From Schizosaccharomyces osmophilus (lineage: Eukaryota), in NCBI RefSeq assembly GCF_027921745.1, contig NC_079240.1:1674001-1738000 (forward strand): DNA of 64,000 bases. The letters are read 5' to 3'. Positions within the stretch are counted from its first letter, which is position 1; every line of letters begins with the position of its first letter. This document shows positions 56,734 through 64,000 of the stretch, one piece after another. Position numbers and translations under genes: made by a program. The notes under the pieces were generated by a model, which worked only from the letters and a program-made list of their open reading frames with translations, was not told where the DNA came from and did no database searches.

Positions 56734-58578
56734 TCATTTTTTTGAAGAGGAGACTGTATCCAAAAAATTATTAACCCCAAAAGGATCAACGTCCTTTTCA
56801 AAAACGACAGGCCCGGAGGCATCCTAAAAAGGTCAGCAAACAAGCATCATCCAAAAGCATCTATTACTGCATACCTGAGACGCTTCATCAGCTCCCTTAA
56901 ACTTTTTGGGAACTGACCCTAGCACATCATAACGATTTTCCGAAGTTATTCGCTCTAATTCCGCAGAAGCATCAATATGTCGGCCTAGAGTAGCACCTGG
57001 TCTATAAAGAGTGGATGTTGGAGCAGCCTTCCAAGGCTTGTCATATACGTTATAAGAATCTTCATCTTGAAATCCGGACCCTAAGCCTGAAGCTTGATTG
57101 AATAATCTACTGTCAACCATTGTTTCACTTGACATGGAAGGTTTTGACAAACCAAGTGCTACTCTTTCAGACACATCCCGTGGACGATCTGCACCGCTAA
57201 GCTGGGCTCTCTTTTCAGCACCCATTCTATTTAATCGAAGCTCTTTCTCGTATTGGCGTCTTCTTTCACGACGAATTTCCTCGCGTCTACGCAGTCCTTC
57301 ATCTTCTTCGTATTCAGCAACATCTGGCTCACTATTAACCGGAGATTCGGATTGGTATCGTTCATCACTACGGACGCTGGGAGAACGATCGCCGGACTGG
57401 TATTTAGGAACATGACCAGCCCTTTCTTCTCTAGCCTTCTGAGCAAGCATAAATAATCGCTGTTCCTTCTCTTCTTTTTCTTTCTCTGCCATTTTCTGAC
57501 GCATTATAGCTCGATAACGTACTTCTTCACGAGCTTGACGTTCCGCTGTAAACAAAGCTTCAGAAAACTTTGCGAATCCGTCGCTAATTTCTACATCATT
57601 TAAGCCACGTCCATCGGCAGCCAGACGCTTATCCAAAGGAATAGTATAGCCTTTGGGATTCTTCCAATTTGAAATACTCGGAGGAATTTGCCATTCCTGC
57701 TGCTCCTTTGCAGTCACCTTACGAGGAGGAGAATGCAACACTGGCACAGGTGGAGAAGGAGGACCGCGTGGTACTTTTTTATGGCGGAACTTTGGTGGCT
57801 CCATGGGATCTTGTTCTTCTGTCACGAGTTTGATGATTCTTTGCTTGCTAGGAGCTTGGCCCATCTGATTACTTGGCGTATAACGGATATATACCGGATC
57901 GTCTGGTTTCTGTACTAGAGCACTTTTAGGTTGGGACTGTGATATTTTACCAGTTACGATCTTTTCTAAAGCAGCCTTTGTCTTGTTTGCAACAAGCTGC
58001 TTTTGTTCTTCAGGTGGCTTCTCAACTGAGATTTCACCAACACCAATTCGAGCTCTCAAGGGTATTAAGTCTTGGAAACTCGATTGTACGAGCTCACCAT
58101 GCTCATGGCCTTGACGTGCAATAGCACCATAATCGACACCTCCTGACGAATTAACTTGAAGGGCAAGTGAATTTCCTGGGGCTGTATTCTGTATAATCGA
58201 TTAGCGGATGATTTTGGTGAATCTTTCTCAGAGTACATACCGTCCTCTTTTTCCCCATATCTAAAGGATATTGAGCTACATTGATTTCTGGATACCTAAT
58301 TCCTGCGTTAGTTTTGTAATTGCTTCATTTCCAGACATACGCTCCACCGTCGCCAAAATCATCTAAGGATGTTGGAATCCATCCTTTTCTATGTAAGTAA
58401 GGAGGGATTGGTTTATGAATGACCTCCTGGCTTTCCTTTTCTGGTGATTCGTCCAAAACATATGAATCTTCCTCTTCCTCGTCAGACTCAGGATTAGGTA
58501 GAACCCTTAATATGTTAGCAAGCGTAAAGAATCGATAAAAAATATATACCTAGCCAATTCACTCGATAACAGTGACAT
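56734..58578 (-). CDS. prp45: Spliceosomal SNW/SKIP protein Prp45; exons 58578-58550, 58505-58341, 58295-58241, 58188-56875, 56823-56734; 550 aa
   Basis: DFGDGGA|YPEI..AQYPLDMG, DPMEPPKF, SNWKN and GPV.FEKD.DPFG motifs. Four introns keep the frame. Confidence 0.95.
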
Positions 58579-59043
58579 TTTGCTCAGATCTACCAATCTC
58601 GTAGTTGCTGGTGGATATAGGCTCTGGTAAGCAATGCATCGCGTATTTTAAGTCGACCTGCCCATTCATCAGGAAGTTAATTAAGATTCTAGTTGTGTAA
58701 GGAATCTCAATAAAATCACTATATACAATGAAAGGAATCAATACTCTTTGTTTCTACAAGATTCTGCACGTAAACAAATGCTTTTGTATTATAAGCCATT
58801 CTTGGTTCTCACTAACGATTTTTACTGACATCTTCACATCTCACAAACCTGTGCACAGAAATGTAGTGCGCACCTAAAGCGAATATTACGTTGCTTTTGG
58901 GTATCCTGAAGGCGATGGGACCTTCTTCGGTCGAAAAACCGTGACCAGAGCCATTTCTCTCGTAGGCAACTCGTAACGAAATAGCCTTATCTGTTGTTTT
59001 ATGAAAAGTTTTAATTGACAAAAGGAGGACTGTAAACGTTCTC

Positions 59044-62000
59044 ATGGTACGTCGCTTCGCTTGCAATGACTGAATGTTTACTAACGAATACATACAAACA
59101 GGCCAATGGTGAATTTGAGTTGAAATCACAGGAGACGCCTCTTGTCGATTTTGATACAAAGACAACTGAATCCGTCTCTAGTTTGAACCGACATTCTCAA
59201 ATAGGTATGATCTCACCTTGTTAATTGCATAATCGACTAATGGAGCAGAAGAAGAAACCGTGAAGGAAGAACTAGAGCTTGCTCTTCCGGATTATGACGA
59301 TGTTGCTTTTGGAGGATATTCTTGGGAAATAAAGAATTGGCATGAACTTGATAGTCGTGCTTCAAGTCGTATATTTGAAGTTGGCGGATGTCAATTTCGC
59401 ATCGTTTACTTCCCACAAGGTATTGTACCGTCTTCTGGATATGCGTCTCTCTTTTTAGAATACATACCCTCTAGAGAAGAAAAGGAAAGTCAAGATTATG
59501 GCGTGTGTTGTCAGTTCGCTTTCATTATTTCAAATGTGAAAAAACCTTCTTTACGCGTAGCAAGTTCTGCCCATTGCCGCTACTCTCCGGAAATCCAAGA
59601 TTGGGGGTTTACTCAGTTTTCCGAAACAAAACGGCTTCTTTCACGCAATTCTCCAGTTGTACCTCCTATCGTTGAAGACGGAGCACTACGCATAAATGCA
59701 TTTATTCGAATCCTTGATGATCCCACTGGTGTATTATGGCACTCGTTCAATAATTATGACTCTAAATCTATGACAGGATATGTAGGCTTAAAAAATCAGG
59801 GTGCTACTTGCTATATGAATTCTTTATTGCAGTCCCTATACATCATTGGTGCTTTCCGTAAAATCGTGTATCAAGTTCCCACAAAAAAAGAGGAATCTAA
59901 AAATGGTATTGCATATGCTCTCCAACGCTGTTTTTATAATCTTCAGTTTATGAACGAACCTGTTCCTACTACTGATTTAACAAAATCTTTCGGCTGGGAT
60001 TCCTTAGATTCTTTCATGCAGCATGATGTTCAGGAATTTAACCGAGTTTTACAGGATAATTTGGAGAGAAGCATGGAAGGTACGATGGAAAACGCATTGA
60101 AGAATCTTTTCTGTGGGAAGATGAAAAGTTACGTTGCTTGTATGAATGTTAATTATGAGTCTGCCCGCACCGAAGAGTTTTGGGATATTCAGCTAAACGT
60201 AAAAGGAATGAAAAATTTAGAGGCCTCATTCCGAGACTATATTCAGGTCGAAACTTTAGATGGTGATAACTGTTATTACGCTGATATGTATGGTTTCCAA
60301 GAAGCAAAGAAAGGTGTTATTTTCGAATCATTTCCTCCCATTTTACATCTTCAACTAAAACGATTTGAATATGACTTTGAAAGAGACATGATGATAAAAA
60401 TTAATGATCGATATGAGTTTCCACTTGAATTTAATGCGAAAGCCTTCTTAAGTCCTGAGGCTGATCAAGACCAAAATTGCGAGTACGTCCTACATGGAGT
60501 ACTCGTTCATTCTGGTGACCTCGATAATGGTCATTATTATGCACTTTTAAAGCCCCAGAAAGAGGAAAGGTGGTACAAATTTGACGATACCAGAGTAACG
60601 CCTGCGACCTTGAAGGAGGTTTTAGAAGAAAACTATGGTGGTGACTATTTCGTACATCCGCCTTTTCGACCTGCTGTTAAACTAAAGAGATTTATGAGTG
60701 CTTATATGCTTTTATATTTGCGAAAGGACAAAATCGATGAGTTAATAGCTCCAGTTCAAAAGGATGTAATTCCCAACCACTTAAAAGAAGTACTTGATGA
60801 AAATATACGCTTAGTTGACCAACAACGAAAGGAACGACTAGAAAGCCATCTCTATACCAAAATTGAAATCGTTACTCCAGATTATTTCGCCAATCACCAC
60901 GAATTTGACCTTGCAAATTTTGACAACCCAGTGGATGAAGGCGTTATGCTTCACTTTAGAATAAAGAAAGAACAAAATGTTTCGGATTTGATACCAATGG
61001 TATCTGAAGAAGTTGAGGTCCCTGCGAATCGCTTACGTCTTTGGTATATAATACGTCGACAAAATTATACCTTACGTGTAGAAGAACCTGTAAGTGAGCT
61101 AAACATTTCCATTGAAGAGGCTAAGGACAGGTGGAATTCACAAGGCTTTATCCTCCGTTTATATTTGGAGATATTACCTGAGAATCAGACGAATCATCCT
61201 CTTGTTAACGTTTCCTTTGATTCTCCTAATATATTTTTATTTATTAAATATTATGACAGAGAAAACCAAGAAATCATTGGTTGCGGAACTATTTTTGTTA
61301 TAAAAAACGATAAACTTGATTCTATTTGCCCGGAATTGTGTGAGCGCGTTGGCTTGTCGAAAGATACCCCATTACATTTATATGAGGAAATCAAGCCAGG
61401 TTATATCGAATACTTAAGATTATCTAAAACCTTTGCTGAGAACGAACTTAGTACTGGTGACATTATTTGTTTCGAAACTGGAAATTCAGATACGAAGGAT
61501 CAAGAAGATAACATATTTCCGACAGCCCCTAAATTGTATGATTTCATGGCGAACCGAGTAATTATTACTTTTCGACCAAGGTTTATTGATCAAGAAAGCA
61601 CTCTTGAATTTGAGCTTGTACTTGATCGACGCATAAAATTAATAGAGCTTTGCGAAGAACTATCCGAAAAATTAAATACAGACGCTGATCATATTCGGCT
61701 TACTACTTGCAGTCCTCTTGCGTATGCCGCTAACATGGTTGTTCCGAACAATCCAAACATTACTCTCTACGAGATAATGCATGCTTCTGAGGAAGACACT
61801 GTATCTAATATGCTTTTTTACGAGATTATGAATGTCAGTCTTTCTGATCTGGATAAAAAGCGACTCTTGCGTGTTACATGGCTTTTTGAAGGTCTTGCGA
61901 ATGCAGAGCTAATTGATGTTTATATAAATAAAGTCGGGAATGTTTCTGACGTATTTAACGCTATCTCTGAAAAATACCCAGAACTACGGGTTCCTAACCA

Positions 62001-62463
62001 AAAGGTGCGCTTGTATGAAATCTTGGAACACAAATGGTATCGAGACATAAATATGCGAGCAATGATAAGATCATTGAATCCTTTTGCAAGGATTATTGGG
62101 GAGGTTATACCTGAAGAAGAAATTAGTTTACAAGAAAATGAGCGAGTAATAGTTGTGTATCACTTCCATAAAGATGTCGCTCGAATGCATAGCATTCCTT
62201 TCAAATTTGTGATTAAGCCAGGAGAAAAATTTGCTATCACTAGACAGCGGTTGCGTTTCCGAACCATGTACCCTGACAATATTTTTTCAGTAATCAAGTT
62301 TGCAATTATTGATTTTGATAGAAATTCCGTTGTGTATTTGAATGATGACGATGTTGTTTTCGAGCTGCTTGAACAATACAATGGCACATTGGCTATGGAT
62401 AGAGCTAAAAAAGAAATTAGAAAACCTAAAATTTTAGACCGAGCGATCCAAATGAAAGGTTAG
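59044..62463 (+). CDS. ubp5: USP7-family ubiquitin C-terminal hydrolase; exons 59044-59046, 59102-59204, 59249-62463; 1106 aa
   Basis: MATH domain (DWGF), Cys box GLKNQGATCYMNSLLQ, QHDVQE, His box HSGDLDNGHYY. Upstream exons inferred from GTACGT..CTAAC..CAG and GTATGA..CTAAT..CAG. Confidence 0.9.
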
Positions 62464-62731
62464 AATATGAAAATAATGCTTTTGTTGTTTGCTGCCTATA
62501 TATGAACTTCACATTAATCTCACTTTTCAAGGTATATAAATGCGCTAACTATATAAACAGCTATATTAACGTCTGTCTCATTTATAAAGAAATAAATAAG
62601 AATAATGGATTATTACTTTAATGTTAGATATCTCTAATAAGCCTTCTAAATGGGGGATTATTGATTCTAATAATAACTAAATAATAGTTGACAGTCTTAT
62701 AATGGTTTATTCGCTCTATGCATTATCTAAT

Positions 62732-64000
62732 TCATAGAGGCGGTAAGGTCCTGTTTTTTAGTATAGCAAGAGACTCTTCAAGTGATGAAACTTTAGCAAG
62801 CAAAGCGTCAGCTCTAGCATCACTGTAAGATTTTACTTCTTCCATAACTTTTTCATTAATCGTTTTAAGTCGTTCATTTTCAGCTTGTAGTCTGGCAACT
62901 TCCTTGGTTTGCTCGCTAGCGGATGTGGAAGCACTTTGATATTGCTGCGTAATAAAATCCAAATCTTCTTTTTGAGTTTTATTAAGCTGGCTAAGTTTAT
63001 ATTTTTGTTCATTGGAATCTACGAGTTGGCCACGAACTTCGTCTTCTGGCATATTTTGAATGTATTTAAAGCCAAAATCCAATTGTTTGGATAAATGTGT
63101 AATTTGCTGTTTTAAATCAGCAACCTCATTTGACCTTTCGGAATCACTCTTCTTTCCTGTTTCCAACTTTTGATGGGATTTTTCGAGTTCGACTTTGAGT
63201 CCTCGTACTTGTTCTCGATAATCCTGTAAAGTATCTGTAAGTTTAGCTATTTGTTGTTCCAATTCATCAGCATGAGTTTGTTTTATATTTTTCACGTTGA
63301 CAGCTTCGTGCAACTCATCTTCAACCATTCGTAATCTTCTCTGCAAATACTGGACAGCGGCACCCTGTAAATCATAATTTTGTCCAAAATCAGAGGTATC
63401 TGGCCCTCGCTGCGAAGGAAATGATTTAGTTGCCGGATTCGAAAAGGAAGAAGCTACTTCCTGAGATCCTTTGGAAGGAGTTTGAGATACTTGGAAGGTG
63501 AAAAGGTTGTCATCTGGATATTTTAAGACGGTTTCATTAACACGAGAAGGGGACTCTTGAGAGGGTTTAGGTTCTGCAACGGCGAAATAAGCAAGGTCTA
63601 CTAAAGGCTGCAATGGCCAAGAGTTAGGCGAGGCTTCATTATTAATCCATTCAGCTACTTTACCTGCTGCCTCATTTGTAACATCGGCAAGGTGTACAGA
63701 CTTTGCATCAGCATCGGTAATAGCACCAGTATGCTCGGCACGGTTCGAAAACACATTAAGGTCTGCGACCTGAGCGTTTTCTTCCGTAGAGGAATTAAGA
63801 GCAGCCAACACGCCAACAATGTTGACAAGAAAGCTTGCATTATAAGAAGACTGGAAGCTTCTGATGACATGTTCCACCGAATTTATATGAAGAAGTCGAA
63901 GAATTGGACAAGGAAAATAAGAAATTGTGCTAGTAACGCCCATATAGGCATCCATGTCGTAAAATATTACAGCACCAAAACGAATATCAGAGTTGAAAAG
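62732..64000 (-). CDS. ccq1: Shelterin/telomerase-recruitment protein Ccq1; 5' end lies beyond the right edge of the window
   Basis: Frame stays open to the edge (LFNSDIRFGAVIFYDM...). LQGAAVQYLQRRLRMVEDELHEA followed by a coiled coil; synteny with ubp5. Confidence 0.85.
   Translation of the reverse strand, partial: LFNSDIRFGAVIFYDMDAYMGVTSTISYFPCPILRLLHINSVEHVIRSFQSSYNASFLVNIVGVLAALNSSTEENAQVADLNVFSNRAEHTGAITDADAKSVHLADVTNEAAGKVAEWINNEASPNSWPLQPLVDLAYFAVAEPKPSQESPSRVNETVLKYPDDNLFTFQVSQTPSKGSQEVASSFSNPATKSFPSQRGPDTSDFGQNYDLQGAAVQYLQRRLRMVEDELHEAVNVKNIKQTHADELEQQIAKLTDTLQDYREQVRGLKVELEKSHQKLETGKKSDSERSNEVADLKQQITHLSKQLDFGFKYIQNMPEDEVRGQLVDSNEQKYKLSQLNKTQKEDLDFITQQYQSASTSASEQTKEVARLQAENERLKTINEKVMEEVKSYSDARADALLAKVSSLEESLAILKNRTLPPL

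Noticed and set aside
1..64000. A functional gene cluster (e.g. dcr1 + ccq1 + nup211 + rsm1 as a nuclear-periphery/silencing island)
   Set aside because: The genes are interspersed with unrelated housekeeping genes in conserved ancestral order; nothing in the sequence indicates co-regulation or a discrete system.

Overview
Gene-dense eukaryotic DNA from a fission yeast. The proteins are clearly Schizosaccharomyces but differ from S. pombe, so probably the S. octosporus/cryophilus/osmophilus group; I cannot fix the species. From memory of S. pombe annotation, the gene order is colinear with chromosome III cosmids SPCC162-SPCC1753-SPCC584-SPCC188: nup211 (runs off the left edge), hmg1, ppk33, urk1, tco89, rsm1, tol1, rec7, git3, ssb2, sec1, sup35, a Yrb30-like gene, met10, an uncharacterised gene, aly3, mug160, an APC amino-acid permease, svf1, dcr1, spn6, prp45, ubp5 and ccq1 (runs off the right edge). 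I rebuilt exon structures by hand from GT..branch..AG signals and checked the frames. I saw no tRNA, rRNA, transposon, LTR or CRISPR, and no convincing novel multi-gene system. The best leads are regulatory or evolutionary: a ~1.35 kb AUG-free leader with two tiny uORFs before git3, a possible lost or decayed cuf2 locus, the very tight dcr1/spn6 convergent pair, and several unusual splice or initiation arrangements (aly3, ubp5, svf1, mug160).
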